The notes beneath the pieces were generated by a model. The model did no database searches and was not told the DNA's origin. It saw nothing but the letters and a program-made list of their open reading frames with translations. DNA of 64,000 nucleotides from Neocallimastix sp. 'constans' (Eukaryota). The translations under genes were made by a program, and so were the position numbers. The stretch is taken from contig JBODTK010000014.1 of the NCBI GenBank assembly GCA_050613775.1, positions 62,001 to 126,000 of the forward strand, given 5' to 3'. Numbering within the stretch: position 1 is the stretch's first letter; each line of letters starts with the position of its first letter. Shown in pieces: positions 13,008-26,614 of the stretch.

Positions 13008-14429
13008 TTATAAAATATTATTTAAATTAGTTAAACATTCAAACCACAATTTAGAAAGATCACTTCTATCATATTTTATATTAATTAACTTGGCTTCTTT
13101 ATTTTTGTATTTTTCAATTAAGATATTAATTTCATCAGTTTTTGTTTTTATTTTTTTTTTCATTCTCCAAATTCCTTTTATTTTCATTTGGTAATCATAA
13201 TATGATAAATGTTCGTGTTCTTTTAATTTATTTATTAATTCATAAAAATTTGGTTTCATTGGAAATAGTTTATTTAAAGAATTATTGAGTGATTCTGAAG
13301 CATTATTGGTTATATGTTCAATATTATTATAATAATTCCAACTTTTCATATCGTAACCAATTAAATATGTTTCATAAAAATATTCTAAAAATTTTAAAAA
13401 TTGACAAGAATTTTTTTCAATGGATTTAGTTTTAATTAATGAAAAAATATCCATTATGTATTCAGGGTTGATAAATGGTAAGTTTGAAATTCCTTTGTAA
13501 TAATTAAATATTTTTTCATCATCGTTCACTTCATTACGGCACAATTCATTTTTTTTAATTTCTAATAAATTTTTATAATGCCAAATACAGTATTTAATAT
13601 TTATATTAGGAAATATTTTTTTAACTGCTTTGGATATGCCTTTTTCAAAATCGCAATGTACATTTTTTGGTTCAGTTATAATATTATTATTAGAATTTTG
13701 TTTTAATTTATTGAATAACATTTTATATGTTTTTTGCTTTTTATTTCTTAATATTGCATAAGAAGTAGTATAAAAACTATTCAATTCTTTAACGTAAGTT
13801 CTAGTAATAAACACTTGTTGACTAAATTTAGGTGCGATATAAAAAGTACCATCCACAAATATATCATTATTATATTTCTTAAATAATTTTGCTTGAAAAG
13901 GGGATTGAAAAATTACTAAATCAGAATTTTTGAATATCATAAAATCTTCATTTCGTTCAGTTTTATAATATTCAGATTCATTAGGAATTTCATTAAAAGT
14001 TGTTACATTGGATGGTAGTTTTTTATTAATACTTCTTAATATTAGAGTTTTAACTGAAATATATTCTGGACACGGATATATAAATCCCATTTCTTTAGAA
14101 ATTTCATTATATAGTCTTTTTCGTTTTATATCAAAAGGATTTGAATGTTTTTTAATTTCATCTTTAATTTTATGTTTCATTACAGATAGGGATACACTAT
14201 ATTCGTTTCCAGGATGATTATGTAAACTCTCATATTTTAAGATTTCTTTCTCATTATTTAAAATAATAAAAGATTTACATTTATTATTTTTTTTATATTC
14301 GGTACATTTATAAACTCTTGAATTATCTTTCCTTGAATGTGAAAAATTAAATTTATATTGTTTATTAATAATGATTTGTTCTTCTCCTTTATTAGACTCA
14401 CTTATATAAATAGTTATGTTTTCTTCCAT
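13008..14429 (-). CDS. MULE transposase with FLYWCH/WRKY-like zinc-finger N-terminus, 473 aa
   Basis: YKC..C..HNH zinc finger; IFVDGTF, VHCDFEKGI..KYCIWHY (CxxH) and TNNASESLN give the DDE triad typical of MULE. Confidence 0.93.
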   Translation of the reverse strand: MEENITIYISESNKGEEQIIINKQYKFNFSHSRKDNSRVYKCTEYKKNNKCKSFIILNNEKEILKYESLHNHPGNEYSVSLSVMKHKIKDEIKKHSNPFDIKRKRLYNEISKEMGFIYPCPEYISVKTLILRSINKKLPSNVTTFNEIPNESEYYKTERNEDFMIFKNSDLVIFQSPFQAKLFKKYNNDIFVDGTFYIAPKFSQQVFITRTYVKELNSFYTTSYAILRNKKQKTYKMLFNKLKQNSNNNIITEPKNVHCDFEKGISKAVKKIFPNINIKYCIWHYKNLLEIKKNELCRNEVNDDEKIFNYYKGISNLPFINPEYIMDIFSLIKTKSIEKNSCQFLKFLEYFYETYLIGYDMKSWNYYNNIEHITNNASESLNNSLNKLFPMKPNFYELINKLKEHEHLSYYDYQMKIKGIWRMKKKIKTKTDEINILIEKYKNKEAKLINIKYDRSDLSKLWFECLTNLNNIL

Positions 14430-14849
14430 TTATAAATTTTAATATATAGTTTTTAATTATATCTTTTAAATTATTATATTAATTATCTAAATATTATTTT
14501 TTAATATTAATTCTGAACAATTAAATATTCAATTTTTTTTAAAAGATAAAAAGTATTTTAATTATTTCTTTTTCTTTTAATTTTTTTTAAAAAAAAACAG
14601 ATACATAAAGTATATATGAAAATATTTTAATTTTTATTATTTAAAAATAAATTATTTATTTAATGTATATAAAAAAAATTTAATTATTTATTTATTCTAA
14701 ATTAATATTAATTATTTTTTTTAATATATACTAATAAAGAATTTATGAATTAATTAATTATTTTATTTATATTATAATCTAATTAAATTATTAACTTTTA
14801 AGTCTTTTTAAAACAACAAATATATATAGCATTTTTTAGCATATAAAGT

Positions 14850-15250
14850 AGAACTGGGCTTTCTTCTGGTTGTTATGTGGCGGACTTAATAATCATCTGG
14901 TATCTATTCTTTATCTGATTTTCCCGATAGGGTTTGGAGAAAGGGTAAAGGGGTTATAATGGCACAATTTCAGGTAAGTATTAATTCCGCTCCTACCATT
15001 ATTGGATTGCCACGTATTTAATTTCTATATTTGATCACCCATGGCATCCTAGTGTAGTTGTATAGCTTATACTGTGAGGGTTACGAGTTCAATTTCTATA
15101 GGATAACACGGATGTTATTTGACATGTCTACTGGAGCTACCTCTGCTTAGGAATTTGGAGCGCCGACGTCGTACTGATATAGTATAAGATATATATACCA
15201 AAGTATATATGTTCTTTACAAGCCCATATATATAATATGGAATAGACATG
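14850..15250 (+). repeat. GC-rich dispersed element copy A inside the MULE (SINE, LINE 3' end or structured RNA)
   Basis: GC island homologous to the reverse complement of 32455-32720; shared motif GCCGACGYCGTACYGRTATAG and conserved hairpins. Confidence 0.6.
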
Positions 15251-16490
15251 TGAATTCATATGTGTAAAAAACCTATTTATATATCTCTACAAAACGGTTG
15301 CTGTAATATATAAATAGTAATTGAAATGTGAACAACAAATTTTAATTTTTGAAATTTCAATTTACAGCTATAATTTAAGTCTTATAAAAATATTATTTTG
15401 TAATTTTTATTATTATTTAATATTTTATTTATAAATTATATATAAAATAAAAGGTTTAATTCTATTATTAAGATGTTATAATAACAACTAAAGTTTTAGT
15501 TATAATATAAAAAATTAATATTTTAAATAATATTAATTTAAATATAAATTTATAAAATAAAATTTTTTAATAATAAAATATAAAAATATTATATTGATAT
15601 TAATAATAAAATATAAAAATATAAAAATATAAAAATATAATATTAATAGAAAAATATAAAAATATAATATCAATAATAAAATATAAAATATAAAAATATA
15701 ATATAAATATTAATAATAAAATATAAAAAATAAGGTTATAAAGAAAATAATTATTTATCATTTTCCTTATAACATGATTGTCAAAAAAAAAAAAAAATTA
15801 TATAAAAATATTTTATTTTTTATTGACCTTTTTAATTTTTATTTATTTATTTATTTACTTATTTATTTATACATTTATTTCTTTTTTACTTAAAATTATA
15901 TTAAATTTTATGGCGTAATAATATAAATTTTAAAAGCCACAAATAAATAGATGGCTTATTAAAATTTCAAAAAAAAAAAATTGGCGAAATGGACCACATT
16001 CATGTATATATAATAATTTTTAAAAAATGGATTATTTTTTAAACTATATTAAATTTTTTTTAATTAATTGTTAATTTTTTAATTTTAAATAATTTATTTA
16101 TATATTTTTTATTTATTAAAATTAATATTATTTATTCTTTTAAAATAACTTTATATTATTTAATAAAAGCTTTTGCAATATTGATAATTAGAATTATTGA
16201 AATTTTGATTTTGTTATAATTATTTTATTATAAAATTATACTTTGATGATACAATAAAGAAAGGATAATATTTAAATAAATATAAATTCTTTTATTTTAT
16301 TGTTATTATTATTATTTTTTTTTCCCTTTTTCTAATTGTTAATATTATAGTTTATTTTAAAATTAAAACATAATAAAATTCTATATGTGCAGAGTAGTGA
16401 ATTGAAAAATAGTGTTTTATTAATTTTTATTTCAGTAATATTTCTTGATTTTTAAAATTTAAATATTAACAATATTTTTATTAAAAAATT

Positions 16491-17073
16491 ATGGCGGACG
16501 AAGAAAATTTTGATCTCTATGGTGATGACAACTTCATCAATGGAGACGATGGTGATATGGTAAGATCATTATTCTTTTTCTCTTTTTTTTATTTTTATTT
16601 TTTTTTTTATTTTTTTTTTTATTTTTATTTTTTATTTTTACTCTTATTTCTTGTATACCTTATATATAAATATTTTATTATTTTATAGTAAAGATTTGTA
16701 TGTATATATTATTAATATCTACATTAATTTATTATTATTATAATAATAATTGTTATATACATATTTAAAATATTTTAAAATTTAAAAATAAAAGGATAAT
16801 TTATATGATGATCTTTTGGAAAATGAGGATATACCAATAGATACTAATAACACATTTGAAGATGATGACGAATTACTTTATGATGATGTTGATCCTGAGA
16901 CCTCAGGAAATAAAAAGAATGACCAAAAAAATAAAGTTGATTCAGAAGATAATACAAATAAATTAGATGATAATAATAATGACGATAATATTGTAAATGA
17001 TAATAACATTAGTAACAGTAACAATAATAATAATAATAACAATAATAATTCTAATAATATTTCAAATAATGTA

Positions 17074-17112
<39 letters not shown>

Positions 17113-17937
17113 TACAATAATAATCAAATGGAAATTGATAAAAAAACAAATTTCAATAGAAATGATATGAATAATTCAATAAATCATCGTAATAATCATA
17201 ATAACTATAATAATCATAATAATCATTCTCATCCAGTTCAGACTTTAGATATGTTTGAAAGTAAAAATAATCAAAAAATGAATGAAAACCAAAATTATGG
17301 AGGTAAAAAAAATAAAAATTCAAATATATTCTCAAAGATGAGAAATAATAATGGTGTAAATAAAGCAGTCTATGTTGGTGGTTTAAATTGGGTAAGTACT
17401 TTTTATTTTTTTATATATGCATATATATAAATATTATAATATTAAATAATATTTATTTCTATTATATAAATTATATTTTTATTTCACTTTTATTAATTAT
17501 TAAATTTATTACTATAAATATTTTTTTTTTAATTTTTTTTTTTATCATTTATATTTTTTGTATCATAATAATTATTAAATTTATTTATATAAATATTTTT
17601 TTAACAAAACCTCATACAAATTATTATTGTATTTTTTTGTTTATATATATATATACGTACTTTTTTAATTGTTAATCATAATTTTTTTTTTTTTGTTTTT
17701 TGATATAGTGGACTACAGATGCAGATTTACGTGAAGTTGCAGAAAAAGCTGGTGTATCAAATAAATTAGTAGTTAAAGAAATTACTTTTCATGAATATAA
17801 AGTTAATGGTAAATCTCGTGGTATTGCATATATGGAATTTGAAGATATAGAATCAGCAGAAATTTTCGCACACTATGTTGAAGCGAAGTAAGCGTTAAAA
17901 AGTTTTAATAAAAATTTTTTAAAAATAGTAGTAGAGA

Positions 17938-17976
<39 letters not shown>

Positions 17977-19709
17977 CGTAATACTGAAAAAAGAAATAAA
18001 ATAAAACAAAACTGAAAAGTAAAAAACACAAATGTAATTACAACATCAATAACAGCAACATATATATATAAATACAAATTTTAGATTATATAAAAAAGAA
18101 AATTTTTTTTTTTTTTTTTTTTAAATTTATTAATATAATTTGAAACATAGATATAAAAATATTTTTAATAAACTAGTAATTATGATTAATTAATTAATTA
18201 ATTATTATTATTATTATTGTTATTAAGATAATTTTTTCATAAAATGAATTATTCAATTTATATATAAATAATTAAAATAATTTATTAAAAAAATTTTTTT
18301 TTATTATTTAATCGTTTAATTATTATTATTATATATTATATTATATTATATTTTGTTTTATTTTTAATTTTTAATTTTTTTATTTTTTATTTTTTTTATT
18401 TTATTTTGGGTTATTTAAAGTGAAATTCAAGGTAAAAAAGCTGAAATTAGATTTGTTTCTCCACAACAACATGGTAATCCCTTTAGAATTATTCCAAAAG
18501 ATCCTAAAGAAATGCGTGCAGAAGCTGCAGCAAGAAATGAATCTATGGGTAATATGAATATGTCAAGAATGAATCATAATAATTTTCAAAATATGAATAT
18601 GCATCCAGGTCGTGGAAGACCCTATCCCAAACCTGGAATGAATGGAAGAGGTAATATGTCTATGATGGGACCCAATGGTGGTAATCTTAGACCACCACCA
18701 TTTGCACAACCAGGATTTAATTTCCCAGAACAAGAATTCTATGGTCCTATGAATGGTTATGAACCAATGCATAATTCTTTTGGTCCTAGACCCTTTATGG
18801 GTAATAATGGTATGGGCAGAGGTTTTGGACGTGGACAAGGTGTTATGCCATCCCCCTTCCCACTACCACAACATGATGGTGGATTTCCTGATCAACCATT
18901 TAATTCTAGACGTAATATGAATATGAATAATAATAATTCATCAAATACTGGTAATAATATGCATAATCGTATGAATAATAATGGTGGTATGCATGGTAAT
19001 AGAATGAATAATAATAATAATAATTTTGGTGGAGGTGGAAATAATAATAATAATAATAGGTAAGTTTTATTTTATGTATGAATAGATGTTTAAATTGATA
19101 AAAAAAAATGGTTGAAATATATATATATATATGATGACTTTTTAACTTAATAAAATTTTCTATTTATTTATTTATTTTATTATTATTATTATTATAATTA
19201 TTTATATTATAATATTATATATATATATAAATACATATAAATATATTATAAAAATGATAATATTTATTGTTATCATTTATTGAATAAATCAATAGAGATC
19301 AAATGGATTATCAAATGAATGATGACAATATGAGTGATTCTAATAAAATGAATGATAATAATAATAGATGGGAACATAATAATCATGATAATCAAGAATT
19401 TTGGCATGGTAATGGACCAAGAAATTATCAAAATAGAAATAGAAATTTCAATAATAATTCACATAATAACAATAACAATAACAACAATAACAATAATAAT
19501 AACGGTAATAATAATAGTAAGTTGATGAAAAAAAAAAAAAAAAAAGCAATTAATTATAAATATAATGAAATAATTTACATATTTAAAAAAAAAAATAGTT
19601 GATAGAATAGAATAGTTATATGAAAAATATTTTAATATGTTTATTATTATTATAATTATTATTATTTTCTTAATGCTTTAAATGAAATCAACTAAATATA
19701 ATTATTTTA

Positions 19710-19748
<39 letters not shown>

Positions 19749-20643
19749 TCGTGGTTTTTATATAATATTATTGTATTTATTATAAAAAATTAATACATTT
19801 TTAGATTCAAGAGAGGATAGTTATCAGAACCAAGCAAATAATTCAGATGATGATGATTTCAATAATTCTAATAAATCTGATAAACGAGAATCAAAATCTA
19901 AAAGTAATTCTTCCACTAAACGTCAAAGTAATAATTCTCAACGTCATCATTCGAGATCACGTTCAAGAAATCGTAATCATCATCGTAATAGATCACCTTC
20001 TGCTGAATCATCAGATGGAGAATCTTATAATTCTTCTGGAGGAAAGAATGGTGGAGATAATAATGATAATGAATCAGATGATCAAAATGGCGTTAGTACA
20101 TCCCATAATCGTCGTGAACGTGCTCGTGAACGTGCCCGTGAAAAAGAACGTAATGGACATCATAAACGTGATAGTAGCACCCGTCATTATTCAACAAGTA
20201 GTAGACACAGTAGTCAAAGTCGTCGTCAACGTTCTCATAGTAGATCTTCCTATAATAATTCTCATAGTAAATCGAAATCTCGTTCAAGATCACCACATTC
20301 CAATAATAATAATAATAATAGTAATAATAATAATAATTCACGTTCCCGTTCAAGATCATTTTCTCGTTCAAGATCTCGTTCAAGATCTCGTTCTGAATCA
20401 AAATCTGAAAATAAAAAACATAGTGTAACAAATAATAGTAGTAGTAATAATGGTAATGGTACTACTTCTTCAAAGCATTATCGTAGTGAGCATAGTAGAG
20501 TATCTAATCGTAAACAGAATAATTCATTAACCATAGCAGGTATTGGTAGTAAAGATTCAAAATCAAGAATGATGAGTGATTCAAAACTTTCTTCTTCTGG
20601 TCGAGACTCACTCGAAAGAAGACGTGAAAGACATGGAAAATAA
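16491..20643 (+). CDS. CPSF6: Cleavage factor Im large subunit (CFIm68/CPSF6-7-like): RRM, Pro/Gly-rich region, RS domain; 6 exons (16491-16559, 16795-17391, 17709-17887, 18421-19059, 19296-19516, 19805-20643)
   Basis: N-terminal FDLYGDD; spliced RRM VYVGGLNW|WTTDADL..ITFHEYKVNGKSRGIAYMEF resembles CPSF6 LYIGNLTWWTTDEDL..NGQSKG; all junctions GT-AG and in frame; SR-rich last exon ends TAA at 20643. Confidence 0.85.
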
Positions 20644-21375
20644 TTTTTTAACAAAAAAAAAATTTTATTATTACGTTTATTATTTAAATTAAATTAAATT
20701 AAATTAAATTAAAAAAATAAATAACAAAATTTAAATAAATATATATATATATATATATTTATTATATATGTATATATGATTTGTAATTATATATTATATA
20801 TATATATAAGTAATTTATGTTTAATTAATATCAACATTTTTTTTTTTATTTTATATATATTTCTTTGATTATACATCAACAATTTTTTTTTTAGTCACCC
20901 TTTTATTTATATATATATATATATATATATAATTACCATTATATAATCATCTTTTTTATTTTATTTTATTATTTTTTTTTTTAAAAAAATAGCATTTTTA
21001 TCTAATTAAATTTTAAATATATATATATTGTTCTATTAAGAAAATGATTCAAATAATATGACTTTTTTTTTTTTTTTTATACATCTATATATACTAAAGA
21101 AAACAAAAACAAAAACAAAAACAAAAAGCAAAAGCAAAAACAAAAACAAAAAAGAAAAAAAAAAAAAAAAGAGAAAAAAAATATATATATATATATTTAC
21201 ATTGTATATATATATAATAATTAAACAATTGAAGATAAATGATAAACTAAAATGAATTATTTAAATCGTTAAGTTTTTTTTTTTTATGATGTATATATAT
21301 TTATTAAAATGTTTTTATTTTTTATTTTTTTTTTTTTTTTATTTTACCTTTATTTATTTTCTTCCACCCTTCAAA

Positions 21376-21408
<33 letters not shown>

Positions 21409-21805
21409 TTTTTAATAGTAAAAATAATATGATCATCCATCATTTAATTTTTAATTTTTAATTCTAATTTTTATTTTTTTAAAATTTTTATATTTAAATT
21501 TTAATAATATTTTTTTTAATAAAAAAAAAAAAAAAAGAAAAAAAAAAAAAAGAAGGAAAAAAAATCAATATTAAAAAAAAAAAAAAAAAAAAAATAAAAA
21601 TAAAAACAATAATAAATAATAATATTTAAAAAAAAAAAAAATTGAATAAAAATAATTATAGTTAATCATTGTAGCTATTATTGGTTGTTTTTAAATATTA
21701 TATATTTTTTTTATATTTTTTTATATTTATTTATTTTATTATTATTATTATTAATTATTGTTTTTTTTCAATTTATATAAATATATATTTAGATTTACAA
21801 CTATA

Positions 21806-21839
<34 letters not shown>

Positions 21840-23550
21840 TTAATTATTATATGAAGAATTTTATAATTTTATCATCCTGCTTTAAATAAATAATTTTTTT
21901 TTCTTGCAAAATATATTCGAGTATAATAAAAATGAACTACTAATGATTTATAAATTCACAAATTTGAGTTAAGTTTTGGAGAGAAAACTTTTTTTTCATC
22001 ATCATTAAGAAAAAGGAAAAAAAAAATTTTTTTTATATTTAATATATTTAGTAATTAAATAATATTATTTGGGTAAATCTATTTATACAATTAAATAGAT
22101 AATAATTTTATTATTCAATTAATTAATTTCAAATAAGAAATTTTATATATTAGTCAAATTAAATTCGAATTTATATTATTATTATTAATTATTATACAAC
22201 AAAGAAATAAAATAATAAAAAAAAAAAGAGGTAATGAATTAATTTGACTTTCAAGTAAATAGTGTTAATGTTTAATATTTGTATATATAATAATAAAAGA
22301 ACTAATTATAATTGAAATTATGAAATAAATATAATAACAAAAAAAAATTTAAAGTAATTTTATATTAAGCTTATTTTTAATTCATTTTTAAATATGTATG
22401 TATGTGATTAGACTTATTTTAATATTGAATATTTTATATAAAAAAAAAATTAAAAAAAAGGGCAAGAATAATAAATAATAAATAAATAAATAAATAAATA
22501 AATTAAAATAAATAAATAAATAAATAAAGTTTATTATTACTTATAATTAAACGAAGAATTATCAATAAAATTGAAAAATGAATGAATAAAAAAAAATGCT
22601 TTAATTTAATAGGATATACTATAACAATATATTTAATTCATATATTAGAAAGAATTGAAAGTATATATTAGATTTACTATTCAATTTGTATTTAATAATT
22701 AATATATTTTTATATTATATTATATGTAATTAAATTTGTAATATGGAAAATTTTTTTATAAATTAACGGCTTATTATTCTTTTATATGAAAAGTATAATA
22801 AATAATAATATTGATAATAATAATAATTAATATAATAAAAGAATATTAATAATGAGTAATAAAAATAAATAATAATATTTATTAATATTATTTTAATAAT
22901 ATTAATATTAATAATAATAATGAATAATAATATTTGTAATAATGACAATTAAATATTAATAAATCATTAAGCCTTTATTTTTTTATTTCTTAAATTTTAT
23001 TTTTATATATTTACATTAAACTCTTTTTTTTTTTTTTTTTTTTATTTTATTTTAATTTTTATTTTTACTGATGTTTTATAAAATAGAATAATAAAAGTTT
23101 ATTTTTTTTTTAAAAAAAAAAAATAATATGAAACTTTTTAATTAATAGTAAAAGTAAAATAATATTAAATAAATTAATAAAAAGAAAAGATTAAAATATT
23201 TTTATATTTATATAAATATATACATTTGAGTAATAAATATAAAATAATATAAAAATATTTAGAGAAAAAAATTAGAAAATTAAAAAAAAAAAAAAAAAAA
23301 AAAAAGAAAGAAAGATTCAATGGAATTTAACAAATATTGAATTTTTCTTTTATTATTTTTTAAAATAAAGTCATTAAATAACCTACCAAATAAATTCCAA
23401 ATTAAACCAAATAGATACAATATCTTTTTATTATTATTATTTTTTTTTCCATAAGAATATAAGATTTTTTTTTTTTTTTTTTTTATTCTTTTATATATAT
23501 ATATATATACATTTATATATTTTTATTCGATAATTTTTCAATAAATAATA

Positions 23551-24604
23551 ATGTGGATTTCACCATTGAATTGTGAAAATTTTGATTCTTGGGAGATCTT
23601 AAAGGTTAATGAATTATTTGTTTTACAAAAGTCAGTAGCACAAGTCGGTCTCTTCTGGAAAACACTTCAAAATGTTTTTGATACAAAGCAACCTCCTTTT
23701 AGAATTGTATTCAAATCTTCTCAAAATCAATTGGGTCAAGTTATTGCCGTCGGTAATACAAAAGAAGAAATAGATAAAGACTGGAAATATATTATGGGTA
23801 AAAAAAAAAAAAAAATAAATTTTGTTATTTATTATTATTATTATTATTATTGTTTTAAATTAATACTTTTTTTTTTTTTTTTTTTTTTTTTTGTATATTT
23901 ATATGAAATAAATATATAATATTACTGCTTTAGATAATTTCATGCCAGCGGTTGAGAAATATGACGATTTTTATGATAAAGAAAGTTTTATATTATATAA
24001 ATTGGGTTTTCTATTATCTACTGGTAAATAGTTATTATAAATAATAACATAAAATTAATTAAATAATAATAATAATAAACTTTTTTTTTTTTTTTTTTTA
24101 TTAAATTATGTATATATGTATATATTTCTTTTATTAATTTATTATATAAATTATTTATTATTATGTCAAAAACAAAAACAAAAAACAAAAACAAAAACAA
24201 ATACAAAATAAACAAAAAAATAAATGCCTTCGATAATTAAAATTGTATGGAAAATAATAAAAAATCAAAAAATGATTATATATTCAATATTATCACTATT
24301 ACTATATTTATATTTTTTACAAATCCTTTTATTTGAATTATTATCAAATTATATTTATTTTAAAAAGTTAATGAACATGAAATTTTGGATTCGAAATTTA
24401 GAAATGCTTCCAATGTATTTAAAACTTTATTTAACGTACCTGATTCCGAGGAATTATTGAATTGTAAATATATATATTTTCTTGTTTGTTTATTTGATAT
24501 TAAACAATATATAAATATATATAAGTTTTAGTAATTATTTTTATTAATGCTTTCATTATAATTTTTATATTTATGTATATATAAATTTATTTTTATAATA
24601 TATG

Positions 24605-24635
<31 letters not shown>

Positions 24636-25637
24636 TTTACATTCAATTTTTCTGTAATTAAAATAAATAAACGCATGGATATATATATATTTAATAGTCT
24701 ATTCATGCTCATATGATAATCAGTTCTTTAATCAAGGATGGATGTACATTAGTAGAAATTTTGGTAAATTATTCAAAAGAAAATATATATATATATATAT
24801 ATATTTTAATATCAAAATAGATACATTATTTTTTCCCCATATAAATAAAAGTTATTAATAATAATATTAATTAATATATATTTAAATATTTCTAAAATTT
24901 TATCACCAATAATATATATATACCATTAAAATAAATAAAATTTTTATTATTATTTCTTTTTAATAATTAAATGAAATTTAATTAAAATTATCAGTATGTT
25001 TTTATTCATTTATTCTTGGAAATGAAACAAAAATTACTATTCCATTAAAGGATGTTGAATTAATTTCAAAAATTGCATCAAGGAGTGGTGTATTTAATAA
25101 TTGTATTAGTATTGCTACAAAGGATAAACAAGAAGTAAGATATATACTATAATAAATAAATTTATATATAAATAAAAATATAGTAATATAATTATTACAT
25201 ATAAAAATTATAAAATTAAAAAATTATATTAATATTTTTTTTTTTATATTATTTAATTTAATTTTATTTTATTTTATTTTAATATTATTATTATTATTAT
25301 TATTTTATATAATTTTTTATTTAATATTTAAATTTGTAATCAAGTATGTATTTTCAAATTTATTCCATAGAGAACAAACTTATCAACTTTTAGATGAATT
25401 AACTCAAAGAACAATGGATCGTTTATTAAAAGTAACATCAAAAGTAGATCAAGTTCCTGGACTTTCTTATAGTGATAGTCTCTCCAATACTGATTCTATT
25501 TCTGACAAAAATTCAAAACCTATCGATGTTAAAGATATTCAAGCACAACGTCAAAATGCAGAATTTCAACAACTTTTTAATCTTCCTGAACAAGAAGATC
25601 TTGTAAATATTAATTATATTTCATTAATTATAATTAG

Positions 25638-25682
<45 letters not shown>

Positions 25683-26556
25683 ATTTATATTTTTTCTATA
25701 TTATATATACTTATGAAAAAGTCAACACTTATAATTTTATATTATAAAATACAATATAATAATATATTAATCAATATTAATATATAAATCTTTAATTTAT
25801 TATTACAAAATATAAAAATTATAATAATTATAATATAATTTATATAATTGAACAATTTAAAAATAGAAATGTGTTTCATTCGCTGTTTTAAGTATTTCAA
25901 CAAACGCATCTATCAAAAGCTCAGGTCAATTCTTTTTATCCAAAACATTCCTTTGTTTTTATTCTTCTAATAATCCCCAACTCTACTTAGTTTTACCATA
26001 TTTTGTGATTAAACGTGTAGAAAAAGCAAACACTACTAATAACAATATTATATCTTTGATTATTACAACCTATCATAAAATAAAGTTAACATTTGAACTA
26101 TTTTGTATGCGTCAACAAGTTAATTTTATCTGTAGTACTTTAAGAGATCAATTAAAGGGAAGTGTCTCTAAAATGGCTATATCGAAATCTTTTATATCTA
26201 ATTTATCCTCTGAAGAACTTTTAATTCATAGTACAATTACTAAAAAATGCTTAGGAGAAAAATTTGGATACATTAAGAGTAAAAGGTAAAAAATAAAATA
26301 AGAGATAAAACAACAATAATCTCTCTATTTTCTTTATTCCTTAATAAAAAATAATAATAATAATTATAAATTTAAAATTTAGATATTAATGTTATTAATT
26401 ATATTTTAATATTTATTATTTTAATCTTAATATTAGAACTAATGAAAAGGCAAAAACAAAATATTGGTTACAATATTTTTCAGGTATGATAATTAATTGA
26501 AAAAAAAAAAAATTTTTTTTTTTTTATTTATATCAATTAATAATATTATTTATTGA

Positions 26557-26614
<58 letters not shown>

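Larger units (their letters stand above)
10504..16001 (-). mobile_element. Mutator-like (MULE) DNA transposon, 5498 bp, apparently intact
   Basis: Imperfect short TIRs GGGAGAGGTCCAAAACGCCAATTTTT and AAAAATTGGCGAAATGGACCACATTC; perfect 9-bp TSD ATGTATATA (10495-10503, 16002-16010); internal transposase ORF. Confidence 0.93.

Noticed and set aside
15043..15100. tRNA gene suggested by A/B-box-like motifs
   Set aside because: No complete cloverleaf or acceptor stem can be drawn; at most a degenerate SINE-like head.
19847..20431. ORF-track proteins 19847-20428 (+) and 20093-20431 (-)
   Set aside because: Off-frame and antisense shadows of the SR-rich last exon of the CPSF6-like gene.
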